NCBI GenBank assembly: GCA_905331295.1
Contig: CAJNYD010000242.1
Span: forward strand, 124,001 to 173,422
Origin: Rotaria socialis
Lineage: Eukaryota
Length of the DNA: 49,422 nucleotides
Reading direction: 5' to 3'
Under the pieces are notes generated by a model. The model worked only from the letters and a program-made list of their open reading frames with translations, was not told the origin of the DNA and made no database searches. Position 1 is the stretch's first letter. Each line of letters opens with the position of its first letter. Position numbers and translations under genes: made by a program. Positions 25,768 through 38,143 of the stretch are shown in pieces.

Positions 25768-26879
25768 ATTGTTTTTCTTGTAAAATCAATATAAAAAAAT
25801 GACTCGGTTTTATATATATATATGTAGATATTGTTTGATTCACTAGCATGAATCATTCATTGCTTTATATCAAGGCAACGACCAAACAAAATACAGTAGG
25901 CCAGGAAAGAAAAAGAATGATTTGAATAAACTAACACCATCTGATGCATCACTAAGTTGTTTTTCTCTTTTAGTTTGCTACAGTGTTAACATTTATATGT
26001 CACTATGTTACGAAAAATGAAGTAACAGATTAATGGAACTTCTGGCGCCCGTTGATGGGCTATTTCTATCATTATTTATTCGTGAAAAAAATTATAAATC
26101 GAGTGTTTGAGCTACCCATTGACTATATTTATCTTGTCGAAAATTTCAATGTTGACGAGCTCATGAATAAACCTTTGACAAGTGTCACAAATATCGAAAT
26201 ACAATAGTAAAGGCTATTCATATTTACCATTTATTCTCTATATTTTAATCGTTATTGGATGATTGAGAAAGACTATTTCTCTTTCAAAATTGCTTATGTT
26301 GTTGAGATTACTTTTCTTTCCAGCATACATTTAATGAGAGTAATCAAATCTACTGAAAAATAAAACATTGAATGAGCCGAGAAACAACACAAACTAAAAG
26401 TCGTAATAGAATTAACGGGCGGATAAAACGAGTAATTACTCGAACAAAATACTCACAAAAAAGCAATGCAATATTACCACCCAAGTTCACGCCTTTACGC
26501 AGCTATTTCTTCTTCGTTTAATATAAATGAACTTGTTCTATTATTCATAGTACAAAGGAACAAAAGAGTTGCATATAGTCAATATCATCTGAAATGCTTT
26601 CAAATTTGCAACTGAATCGTTAAAAACTGTCAATAATACATGAAAATTGGAATGTGACAAAAGAAAATCTATACAAATTGAAGTTATGTATTTGTTTTAT
26701 TCCCTTCGTTCTCAATGGCGCTTTGCGAACGCAAATATTTCTTAAAATCAATAATATCTCTGCTTTTTGAAAATTTAGCAGCATCCTTCGTTTTTGCCAA
26801 GTCACCTTTTTTATCATTAAATCTATTTTTTCATTTTGCAGCTACAATTGAAGAGTAAATTTTGATTTGCTACTATTTG

Positions 26880-27037
26880 CAGTAGTGTCAAACTTGAAAC
26901 TTGAATCCAGTTGAAAATAGAAAATTTCAACTTTCAACTCATAGCGATATATGTGTGAGTCACGATTCTTCAAACTGCTATTGGTTTAAAAGTTGAAAAT
27001 TTTCAATTGAATTCAAGCGTCAAGTTTGACATACGTG
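26880..27037. mobile_element. Small decayed MITE
   Basis: TIR-like TGTCAAACTTGAAACTTGAAT / ATTCAAGCGTCAAGTTTGACA. TACTATTTG occurs on both flanks but is not perfectly adjacent on the right. Confidence 0.55.
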
Positions 27038-27340
27038 TATATTACTATTTGATACGTCAATATCATTCATTGCTTATTCTTCCATTTTAAAAAAGAAAAC
27101 TTGACAAAATATATGACTGATAAGTAACCGAGCAGTTGAATCAATCAGTATGATTATGATATTCCAATGAATCATCGTATAATATGAAAATGAATGACGC
27201 CAGAGAACAAAGATAAAGAATAGTTGAAGGCGTTTATTTTACTTACCTACACTATAAAAATAGACTAAAATGAAACAGAAGATATTTCATTTCGATTTTT
27301 ACATTCAAAACCAAATCTAGCCTAAACACAAATAGATTCA

Positions 27341-27772
27341 ATGCCAACTGGCACATTAGAAGTTATTATTGCCGACGGACGTCATCTTAAAGATCGTGAT
27401 ATTATCGGTAAAAATGATGCTTATGTCGAAGTTTATTTAGACAAAAAATATAAGCAACGTACAACAATTATAAAGAATTCCAATGATCCAATTTGGAATG
27501 AACGATTTTCATTTAATATTCATAAGGGCGATGATACAATTCACTTTGATGTTTATGATGATGATCTAGTTGGTCGAGATTCAGTTGGAAATTGTAAAGT
27601 TAAATTGAAACATGTCTTTGATGGCCGTAAATTCGATGAATGGGTCAAATTACCAGCTAAATTAGGCCTTTCATCTCATGGTGAAATTCACATCATTATG
27701 AATTTTACGGTAAATTAAAGGATTTATTTTTATTTTCAACTAATAACTATCTTCTTTTTATAGCCAGTGTAA
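27341..27772 (+). CDS. Stand-alone C2-domain protein (~125 aa; exons 27341-27709 and 27764-27772)
   Basis: GTLEVIIADGRHLKDRDIIGKNDAYVEV...DPIWNERFSF...FDVYDDDLVGRDSVG, with the Ca2+-binding Asp residues retained. TATAAAA at ~27253. Confidence 0.9.
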
Positions 27773-30700
27773 TTAAAACTCCAACGGCAACACTCAATAT
27801 GACTATTACTCTTCAATTTTGTTTTTGTTTTTTTGTAAATAAAAATATTATTTTTCTAAAGAAATGTGTTAGTGATCAAAAATCATATTGCAATAGTGTT
27901 GTTATCGGTGATAGAAAATCGAGTGAACATGTTTATTGATGTTTCAATATAATGCATCTTGGTATACGTTGATTGAATATTTTATATACTTAGTTATTCC
28001 TTGATAGTGCTTGATTCATGTTGACTTAACAGCTGTGGACATCAGTTTCGCTTTATAGAAAGAATATGATGAAGGCCAAATGCGACAATAAGTTGTTGAT
28101 TTCTAAATTTTACCAAGTAAATATTAGTCAAGACTATTCATATCCTATTTGATATCAATGTATGTTATGTTACTAATAGCATTAGAAAATTAGGATTGGG
28201 GACTAAGTTCCTTTATTGTCTAGTAATCATTGGGGACATCTTACACGTAGAGACTGTAACTACTATCTAATCTATTTTTAATTGATTACATTACACATCT
28301 TTACCAAAAACTTTTTCATGATAGTTATAATAAATTTTTTCAACATACGATAGATCGCTTATTTATTTATTTATAGCGATAGACATCGTTTCGTTGACAT
28401 GTCAGCGTCATTCTAATAAAATAATATTTTGCTCATTGTCTTTCGGCTTCTTCTAAATACAATTGAAAGTAAATATTGAAGTATAGAAGAAAGAATTCAA
28501 CTTTGCTCCTTCGTAGGCTGCAAGTCTATCAGATCCCATTATAGCACATGATCTACTTTCGTATTAAATTGCGGGATATACTTCGTAAAATGATAACGAG
28601 AAAAGCTATTCTTAACTGAATTAGAGTAAAACAAAGCGTCGTTTTGCAAATGTTAATCCTGGAAAGATTGACTCCAGAGATAATTTTAATGCGTTCGCTA
28701 TTTCTTTGTCTCTGTTTTCATTAGATTGGATAGACTTATTGACCGTTTGTAATAGATTATTTTAGTTGCTTGAGTTAACTATAGAACTATACTTGGCATT
28801 CATTCATCAATAATAATAAAAAATATTGATTGAACTAAAAAACTTGCATTAATGATGTTGTTTAAAACTATATCTATTCAAAGGAATATTCGATTTGGAA
28901 CATTTTTTTACTTATAAAACAATACGAAGAATTACGTATCGAACAGATTGTTTATATGTTATCAACATAAATGAATAACGTAACAAATTTTAAATCTTTA
29001 TAATGCCGGCTTAGATGATTGTCGTTTCTATGGTAATCGAATGTGCTAATGTAGATACTATTATCAAAGCGGCATTGTAGAATAATGATTTAAGTTATCT
29101 GGATAAAATTTAATACGTGATGAAATGATGAACTTGATATTTCTGTTGGTTATAATTGGTTTCTTAAATCAACATATTATATATATATATATATGTAGAG
29201 AGAGAGAATAATCTAGCTATATGATCATTGATACAATGTGAAGGTCGAGAATAAATGAAGTACAATAGCACAAGACGAAGAACAAGGCTCGTGAAGACAC
29301 AAAATAGACCCGAAAGAAAGAATATTCATTATATTCCACAGCAGTATAAATCTTGAATATGCACAGTATCAACTTCTATTCATGTTTGTTTTTCGTGTGA
29401 AGGTCATAAAATTTTCTCTATGAAGTTATTTCCCAATGTAGTATTAACAAATTTTTATCTACGTATCTCGTTTGCAATCACAAATCTAAATGTGTTTCAT
29501 CGGAAATGGCGAGGGTGTTCATCTCTGAAGTAAATATCAGACATAAATAATTAGGGCTCAATGCAGCCAATGTGCGCTGCTGTATTGCTAAAAGAATAGA
29601 CGAGATGGAAGTTATAGATATGCTCAGTGGAGTGATAGATTTTGCTTTTATTCACGATCATATAAAGTTCATGTAGCGCCGAGAATTACTAGGATCCCAA
29701 GCGATTCACAGATGCTATATTTAATCAGTTGTTCAATATCAACATGGACGCCTACCGGTAGACTTATTATTACTTGTAATGTGAACATGCTTACAAGACT
29801 GATACAAATGGAAGTCAGGCGGCCTATAAATATTTTACATAAAAGAGAGTATTAAATAAGTTCTACATGATTACTGGCTATCTATAAATCATTGAAAATA
29901 GGAGTATTTTATTTATGATAGAATGTAGAAGAAGCACTTTACTAGAAATTTAGCATTAGTGAAAAATCTGTCTACTGACTTAGATAATCGCGTGGAGAAG
30001 AATTTTAGAAGTTTTCTGTCAAATTTTCTTACGTATTTGTCATTTGGAGAGTCTTAATCAATTGTAATGAAAATTAATGAATAGAATTTTATTTAACATG
30101 GTAATAACAGGATGTATTCTTACAGAAAAAAGAAGCTTACATATATCATACAACTATTAAAATAGAATTACGTATATATGTATGATTACCTATTAGATGT
30201 AGTGACTACTTAGAAATAGTACTTTTTTGCCTATCGGGATATTAACATAGAAAAATTAATTTTCTTAATTTCGTCTAGCTATTCAAACTATACGCGTCAG
30301 ATGTCCGCGAGGGATCGCAGTACGTATACAAAGAAAATAATTATTTTAATTTCTGTTAATTTTAATAGGTTTTCATGCAAAAACTTCAGATTTATCAATG
30401 TTTTTCATTTTCATTGTCTATGATAAGGATATCTTAAATACTTCGTATTGTTTTGTTTTAGAGCGCACAGCCACAGTATAAATACTTTCCGTGAGTAAAT
30501 GTTACATGCATAAGACATTTATCTAAATGCAATAGAAAAAGAAGTTAGCATGGAAGTAAAATAAAGAAAGTATACAGAGTTATCTTATAAAACGAAATAT
30601 TCAATTGAATTGATAAGTAGAAGTCAATTTATCGATTGTACCATATGAGATTTATCATGAAATATTAGGTAAATTGATTTATTTTTCTGTATAATTTAGA

Positions 30701-31261
30701 TGTAACGTATTGAAAAATAAGGTCACGATGAAAATTCTTCCTTAGTCCAACAAGTAGACGACCGAATGCCAGGTGTTAAATGTGAAGCTAATTAATTAAT
30801 TAATTTGATATTTTTTTTTCATTTTAAAATCTAATAGAATATTTCTACTACTAATACGAATGCATGCGTAGGAAGATGAAAAGGAAGCGAGAGCTATTTC
30901 TGTTACCTTGTATTTTATAAGTATTTACTTGTCGAACTTTTTCTTTATATTAACTCATTTTCTAATATCTGCGTTCACGTTAGAAGAAAAAAGTGTATAA
31001 AACAACGATAGCCAGTTTTTACGATAGGTATCTTGTCATCTCTCTTTTACTATTAAAATGACTATTTTTAGCAAAACTCAGTTGATAATATTCATTTTAT
31101 TGCGATAAAAAATGTTGCGTGAGAAAACGAGTAATAATTGACTTTACATATTACTACTCCTTCATTTCATAGATGTGCCAACAAACGATAGAATTCTGTT
31201 TATATGAAATATATTTTTAGACTCATTGATCATTCTTCTTATCATTCTCAAGTCTATTATA

Positions 31262-31754
31262 ATGATTCAGGTAGTAATATTCGAATGTTAACTTGCATAA
31301 TTAAAAAAAATAGAATTTCGTTTCATTTCAGTTAGCTTCTTATTCGCATTCAAATTATAATTTTTTAACTCTTGTTCTTTTCACTCTTGTTTTTATCAAT
31401 ATAAGTCGAAGTTCAGTCTATGGTATTATTAGTGAATATGATTATGAGCAGCCATCATCAATCGGCGATGATTTATCTTATGAAAATATTGGAAATAGTG
31501 AATCACCCATTCCAATGAATCCAAATAGCTTTTATACACCTATTGACGAGGAAACAAAATCAAGAAATCCTTGGTCCGAATTATATCATCGTCATCATGC
31601 TCGATCAATAGTCACATCATCACACTATGCATTAACGCTGCCTGGTTATGTTATACGACCAGATCAAACTAGTTATGTTCCATATCCTGCTAAAAAACGC
31701 ACGATTCCAATTGAACTTCAAAAGGCCTTTTTCGCTCATGGTATTGTAGGTTGA
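31262..31754 (+). CDS. Secreted peptide (neuropeptide-like) precursor B, 143 aa; exons 31262-31270 and 31332-31754
   Basis: MIQ|LASYSHSNYNFLTLVLFTLVFINISRS signal peptide, acidic spacer, and C-terminus KKR-TIPIELQKAFFAHGIV-G-stop (basic cleavage site plus amide-donor Gly). Confidence 0.82.
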
Positions 31755-32532
31755 TGACGTTAGATACGAATTTTTCAAGTACAGAAAAAAAGTGAATGTT
31801 TGAATTTCATTTTTTGATTTATTAAGAATAAATAAATAAATATTCTATACCTCTAAAATGAACAAATGATTTTCAAAGAATTGTTTTTCATTCCTGTTGA
31901 TTATCATATTTATACGGAATTTTCGGCAAGCCAATCGCACAATACTACCGAGTCTTTTGAAAAATTGTCACCATTGAATATATTGAGTGCACATCTTTAC
32001 TAGCGATGTTCCGAAGTACCCTGTACCTCAATTGAAATGTCATGCGGGAAAAAATATGATGATTAATATTGCGTGTTTGTGATTCTAATTATATGTCAGC
32101 ATAGTGTTCATTAGTATTTTTTATAATATGAGATGAGGCAAAAAACCGAAATTTAAAACGCTTGATTTAAAATTGGCTTAGTAACTCAGAAACATGACAT
32201 ATATTTCATGTTGACGTAAACAGTGAACTAGAGTTTTACACCCATATGCTAGAAAGTCTTGTTCATTTTACCTCGACGTGACATCTGCATGACGCGAGTC
32301 TAGATGACAAAATCATGCAGCAATACGGAAAAAGAGGAATCATCTTTTTCCAACACACAACTAAGAAAGATGTCAAAATTTTAAAATGATTTATTCGATC
32401 AATTTTGATACTGTTCATGTTTTAATATGAGGTGTGAACTTATCTCAGTTTTCGGCTCATTATTGCTGCTGTGAGAAATTCATGCTCGTGAATTGGATAT
32501 TAAAAAAGAATAGAAGTTACCTATGAATTATA

Positions 32533-33468
32533 TCGGGTGCGCCAGAAATAATGGCACACTTTGTATTTCGTGAATATCTCGCTAAGGTTTGATTGTGAAG
32601 AGCTAAGGTTAGATTCAAAAGATACACCGTTAAATTCTCTACAAAGATTGCACCAAAAGTTTTTCACTACAAAGCGAAACAAAAATATGAGAACAAGAAT
32701 ACTTAACATGTCCGAAAGGCCTAACTTCCTAACTCATTTTTTAAATAATATTTGTAATGTTTCTTATAATTTCAAACACAACAAAAATGGTAATGAAGAT
32801 TTTTTTGAGTACTTCGAAGTGTGCTCCTTCTCGTCACGATGCTCACAGTTTGTTTGAAGCAAACTGAAGATTGAAAATTCTGACTTTTGAAAATCTTATT
32901 AAAAAATGTTTCAATTCTGATACGTTTCGCCAGCTGAATTCAAGAAGAGAATTTATGCTCAACTTTCATCTCTGAATCTGACACAATAGTTAGTTTCCAT
33001 CAAAATAAAGAAAAACCGAACGCAAAAGATACTATTTTGACGTAGGTATGTCTATCTTCCCACGATCCCCGAAATAGCAGATTGAAAAGGCTGTAATTTC
33101 TCGAAAACTTGGGAAAGAAGATTATTGGCGTACGTCGTAAAACTAAGCACGCAAATTTTCCAATTAGGTTGGGTCGATAGAACTTTTCGAGGACTACAAA
33201 ATGCCTGTATTGTTTATTATTGCGGCCATTAGCGAACGAGAAAAAATCAAAAAAGGCTGCTTTTTGAGCTTAGAAAATTGGTCCTTATGAACCTGTTGAA
33301 TATTCTTGTTCTCATATTTTGTTTCGCTTTGTAGTGAAAAACTTTTGGTGCAATCTTTGTAGAGGATTTAACGGTGTATCTTTTGAATCTAACTTTAACT
33401 CTTCACGATCAAACCTGAGTGAGATATTCACGAAATACAAAGTGTGTCATTATTTCTGGCGCACCCGA
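32533..33468. mobile_element. Tc1/mariner-type non-autonomous element with ~170-bp TIRs
   Basis: TCGGGTGCGCCAGAAATAATG...GAGAACAAGAATA / TATTCTTGTTCTC...CATTATTTCTGGCGCACCCGA, flanked by TA at 32531-32532 and 33469-33470. No transposase ORF. Confidence 0.9.
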
Positions 33469-33914
33469 TATATAAATTTGCGAGCACTTCACTCTCGTTT
33501 GTTGCAACTAATTCATAGGAAAGCAAAAATCATACAACTAGTTCTCGACTACACAGTTTCGAATTATTCAAACTGTTTCAATCATCAAAATACTTTTCGT
33601 ACTTGAAAAGTCTGCACAAACTTATTCTGCAAATTATCATTTTTGTTCAAGTGCATCTTGTAATAGAAACAAGTAACAAGCATCTTCTTATACAATTTTT
33701 ATTTTAAAGGAGGATATCGACTGTGAATATTATTAGAACAACTGTACTGATTTTAAAGTTCTCAATAGAAGCTCTCTCTCATTTCTATGATTGTAGTCAT
33801 CTGATAACCTAACAGGGCAATGCTAATTGCTATATTACGCAGTTAGAATTGCATTGGTGGAGCGATATCCATCATAAATATTGCCAACTGATTGATTCAT
33901 ATTATAAATGCGTG

Positions 33915-33917
<3 letters not shown>

Positions 33918-33945
<28 letters not shown>
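33918..33945. repeat. (CT)n microsatellite
   Basis: About 14 CT units. Confidence 0.9.
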
Positions 33946-34879
33946 TGCCAAGTTTATCTAAACGACGCATTAATTGTTTTCATTAGATTGATGGTTGGAA
34001 AGAACATAAGATATTGTCAAATAGGTTTTTACCCAGAAAATTACGAAATATCAGAGGAGAAACCTATGAAATAGTTCGTTAGTCAATAAAAACAATATTT
34101 TTCTTATCATTTTAATGACCTCTTTCGTTTATTCATTATTTAATTGAGTGAAAAATAAAATATTAATTGTCATGCATCTACATCAATAGATATACTCATG
34201 AAATATAAAACAACCCTAGCCCTTCCATTCTGTCGTTTTCTATTTCGCTATGGATGAGTGCTTTTTTTTCGTTGCTGTTTCAGCAGAGCGGTACATGTAC
34301 ATGAAATAAAAACACTCTCGGCTATCAAAAAGTCAATGTAAACAACTACGCTAGAAGAAAAAGAGCAATATAAATACGCAATTATTCTTCCGTCTGCCTA
34401 GAATACTTACGCTTTTCTTCTGTGTCTCTACATAGTTCGTTCATTCGATAAAATTATTCGATGGCGACACCTGACATCAGCAAGAAAAATCCAGAAACTA
34501 AACTTTACAACAGCCATGAACCAAATGTCAAAAGCAGTCTTCCCCATGTAAAGAAACCATCGATTAAATATTCTAATGGTATGTATTCTCTCTTGATTGC
34601 TTTTTGGCTTGAACAAAAATACTGTACAGATTGATGCCTTGTTAACAAGAGCTTTTTCACATAAAAATGCTACAATTAATTTTTGTTTTCGAAAGCGAAG
34701 ATTGTAATTTTCATTTAAAAACGATGCACATTCAAAAAGTTGACTAGCTGCATTTATTTTTTTATTTTTCGAAAGACATTACATTAAAAATAAGAAAACT
34801 CTAGTTCAAATGAGGAAAACACTCGAGTGCATGATGAAGAAACAATTTTATCTCTGGTATTTACTGGATTGTAGACTGA

Positions 34880-37114
34880 ATGTTGCTCTATTCTATTGTA
34901 GTACGTACCTCTACGAGATCGATGAAGTCGATAAGTCCTAAACAGTCTTCACCGAAAAACTCTAATCGTAGCCGACGAGTTTCAATTGTTGCTTCTCTCT
35001 TGGAAAAATCAATACTTCAGAACTTCCTGCTGATCTGGCTCGATCCACATATTGATAAATCTCAAAATCAATATAAAAAACCATTAGCAGAATTACAACG
35101 TCTTGTTGCCTCGATTAATACGTTTACTACAATCGATGACTGTATCGATTTTATTGATGGAATTCAAGAAACTAAAGTGTTTATGATTGTTTCCGGATCT
35201 CTTGGGCAAAGCATCGTACCACAAATTCACGATAAGACACACGTAGATTCAATTTATGTCTACTGTAGAGACGCTGAGCTTCACAAAAAATGGTCATTAT
35301 CATGGTCTAAAGTTAAGGACGTGTATACGAAAACTGAACCGATTATTGACGCACTAGAAATAGATTTAAAACGATGTGATCAAGATTTTATTGCAATAAG
35401 TGTTAATGGCATCGATCCATCGTTCATGTATAGTCAGTTACTCAAAGAAGCTCTCTTGGAAACACAAGACGAGGATGAAAATCACAAAACTATCCAAGAA
35501 TTCGTTGAATATTGTCGCCTTCAAGATGGTTTAGATGAATCGCAAATTTCGAAACTCGAACAATCATACAATCGTTATTCACCTATTTATTGGTACACCG
35601 CTCCATATTTTCTCTATTCAACGCTCAATCGTGCACTACGCGTACTTGACGTAGATATTATGCTCAAGATGGGCTTCTTTATACGTCATCTACATCACAA
35701 TATTCAACAACGCTTTAATTGTATGAACTTAAAGTCATCTCAATTTACTGTTTACCGAGGACAAGGCTTATCGAAAACTGATTTTGAAAAAATAAAAAAG
35801 GCAAAAAATGGACTGATGTCATTTAATTCCTTTCTATCAACTACTACTGAAGAAAAGGTCGCTGATAAGTTCAGTCGCGCAGCTTTCAAAAATGCTGAAA
35901 ATGTTGGCATACTCTTTGTCATGACTATTACTCCATCTCTCTGCAATTCGACTCCTTTCACATGCATCAACGACGTCAGCTTTTACAGAGATAAAGAAAA
36001 AGAAATTCTTTTCTCTACACATACTATATTTCGCATCGGTCAAATCGAATCAATGAATCATGATAATAATCGACACTGGCGAATCCATCTCACCCTAACC
36101 AATGATAGTGACAATGATCTAAAGGATCTTACAGATCTCAAACGGAAAGAACTTGCTAGAATAAGAGGAAAGTCACGATTAGGGCAATTACTGATTTTAC
36201 TTGATCAACCACTAAAAGCCAAGAAATTCTACGAAATATTACTGCAAGAAGCACAGAGTAATGCCGATAAAGCATATTACAACCATCAGCTCGGAGGCGT
36301 GCATTACAAGATGGGTGAATGCTTGCAAGCAATCCAGCATTACGAAGCAGCATTGAAAATCAATGAAAACAGAAACCCAATAAATCATAAATATGTAGCA
36401 CAAGATTATCAAGGTATTGGGGCGGCTTACCATCGAATGCAAAATTTCCAACAAGCACTTTCGTATTATAATAAAGCTCTTGATATAAAAAAAAAATCGC
36501 TAAAGCCAGACCACCCAGATTTGATCAGTAACTATAACAGTACCGCCTTTCTGTTTGTTGCGATGCGACAATACGAGAAAGCATTAATACTTTTCAAGAA
36601 AGCGTTAGAGATCAGTGAAAATAAGTTGCCAAAATTGGATCCACGGTTGGCTCATTCCTATCATAACATGGGTTTAATCTACGGGCAAATGGGTAATCAA
36701 GCTGAGGCACTGTCATATATGAGAAAAGCATATAAAAAGTTCAAAAAAACATTACCTTCGAATCATACAAGTTTAGCTGATTTGTACAACACCATGGGTT
36801 GCTTATACCACAAGATGTCGAATTACAAAAAAGCACTTTTATATTTCAATAGATCATTGCCCATTTACCAAGTAACATCACCTACGGATAATATATCTGT
36901 GGCTGACTGTTACGCTAATATTGGTATGGTATATTTCGATATGAACGATTTTAGTACTGCATCTCAGTATTATGAAAAAGCACTCAATATCTACCAGATA
37001 AAACTTCCGTCTTCACATTATGATCAATTAGAAATTCAACGGAAACTAGAATTATGTAGAAAATATATGCAGGACCAAACTCCTCATAATAATCGCAAAA
37101 CGCCGCCAATTTAA
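34880..37114 (+). CDS. Arginine-type ADP-ribosyltransferase domain plus TPR-repeat protein (single 744-aa ORF)
   Basis: R-S-E ART motifs TVYRGQ, NSFLSTT and KEKEILF. About seven TPR repeats, most with 42-aa spacing. N-terminal alpha/beta domain starting FLLIWLD. The true start may be 34922 or an upstream exon. Confidence 0.88.
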   Translation: MLLYSIVVRTSTRSMKSISPKQSSPKNSNRSRRVSIVASLLEKSILQNFLLIWLDPHIDKSQNQYKKPLAELQRLVASINTFTTIDDCIDFIDGIQETKVFMIVSGSLGQSIVPQIHDKTHVDSIYVYCRDAELHKKWSLSWSKVKDVYTKTEPIIDALEIDLKRCDQDFIAISVNGIDPSFMYSQLLKEALLETQDEDENHKTIQEFVEYCRLQDGLDESQISKLEQSYNRYSPIYWYTAPYFLYSTLNRALRVLDVDIMLKMGFFIRHLHHNIQQRFNCMNLKSSQFTVYRGQGLSKTDFEKIKKAKNGLMSFNSFLSTTTEEKVADKFSRAAFKNAENVGILFVMTITPSLCNSTPFTCINDVSFYRDKEKEILFSTHTIFRIGQIESMNHDNNRHWRIHLTLTNDSDNDLKDLTDLKRKELARIRGKSRLGQLLILLDQPLKAKKFYEILLQEAQSNADKAYYNHQLGGVHYKMGECLQAIQHYEAALKINENRNPINHKYVAQDYQGIGAAYHRMQNFQQALSYYNKALDIKKKSLKPDHPDLISNYNSTAFLFVAMRQYEKALILFKKALEISENKLPKLDPRLAHSYHNMGLIYGQMGNQAEALSYMRKAYKKFKKTLPSNHTSLADLYNTMGCLYHKMSNYKKALLYFNRSLPIYQVTSPTDNISVADCYANIGMVYFDMNDFSTASQYYEKALNIYQIKLPSSHYDQLEIQRKLELCRKYMQDQTPHNNRKTPPI

Positions 37115-37473
37115 CATCAACAACTTTTTTCTCAGTTGCTTCTTTTTTAACGAGGATATCTTGTTATGGACCCACTACAGAGACATAGCAAAGTCGAATA
37201 ACTATCCAATACGAATCAAAACTAACACTGGTCAGACAAAATAAAGATAAAATGAAGCGACATATTGAACGATGAATTGTATTATAAAGTGATGTGTGTA
37301 TCAGAAAACTTAATAAAATAATTTACCGATTATTTTTCATGAATATTTTACGGAGAGCCGATCAGAGCTCACTAGATTTAATGAAGTTACATTATGCATA
37401 GCTTTTTGTTTTCGTAAATTTGAATACATTAACAAAGAAATTGTTATTGGTGTGAATTTGGGTAGGTATCGTC

Positions 37474-38143
37474 TAGAGTCCTGCAGGTTAAGACTTTTTT
37501 GTGTCCTAACCCTGCCCTATCATAAAACTTCGTACCCTTGTCCTGCCCTGCCCTAGGGGCTTTGTACCCTTACTCTATCCTATCACAGAGATTTTTCATT
37601 TTACACCCTATCATATCCTTAGAGTATCAGGTCCAAGTAAAAGTCAGCATGAAGTTTTTCTTCACTTTGTTTCAATATATTTTATTGATTTTCAACGAGA
37701 ATCAAATACAAAATTAATAAATATTTCGAAAGTTTCTTAAAAATGAAATGTCATTTACAACATCACCACTTGAATGTTGCCTTCTCTCTTCCAAAACTCG
37801 CCTGTTTGTACTAACAATACGTTCATGTCGAGATGATTTCGAAGACATTTTTTATTACATTTACATGCACATTTACTCGACAAATAATCAAAAGTGACTG
37901 AACTCGTCAGCTTATGTAAAAATAATACTACACAATAGGCCATTGTTTTCCGTTCGTTGTTATTCTATCCATTTGATTTAGATTATGATATCACTCTTTC
38001 TTTACACTGTTTTTGAGCAAAAAGATGTCAGAAATATATATTCAGTTCTACTCTATAAAATTTTTATTTGTATGAGCTACACCCTACTTATACCCTAAAT
38101 ATTTTTTTTGTAACCTTACCCTACCCTGCCCTGCAGGACTCTA
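37474..38143. mobile_element. hAT MITE
   Basis: Perfect 14-bp TIRs TAGAGTCCTGCAGG / CCTGCAGGACTCTA. Perfect 8-bp TSD GTATCGTC at 37466-37473 and 38144-38151. Subterminal ACCCT/GCCCT repeats. Confidence 0.93.

Noticed and set aside
32521..33606. Mirror-image ORFs 32521-32709(-) and 33319-33606(+) with near-identical translations
   Set aside because: They arise from the two long TIRs of the Tc1/mariner MITE and are not genes.
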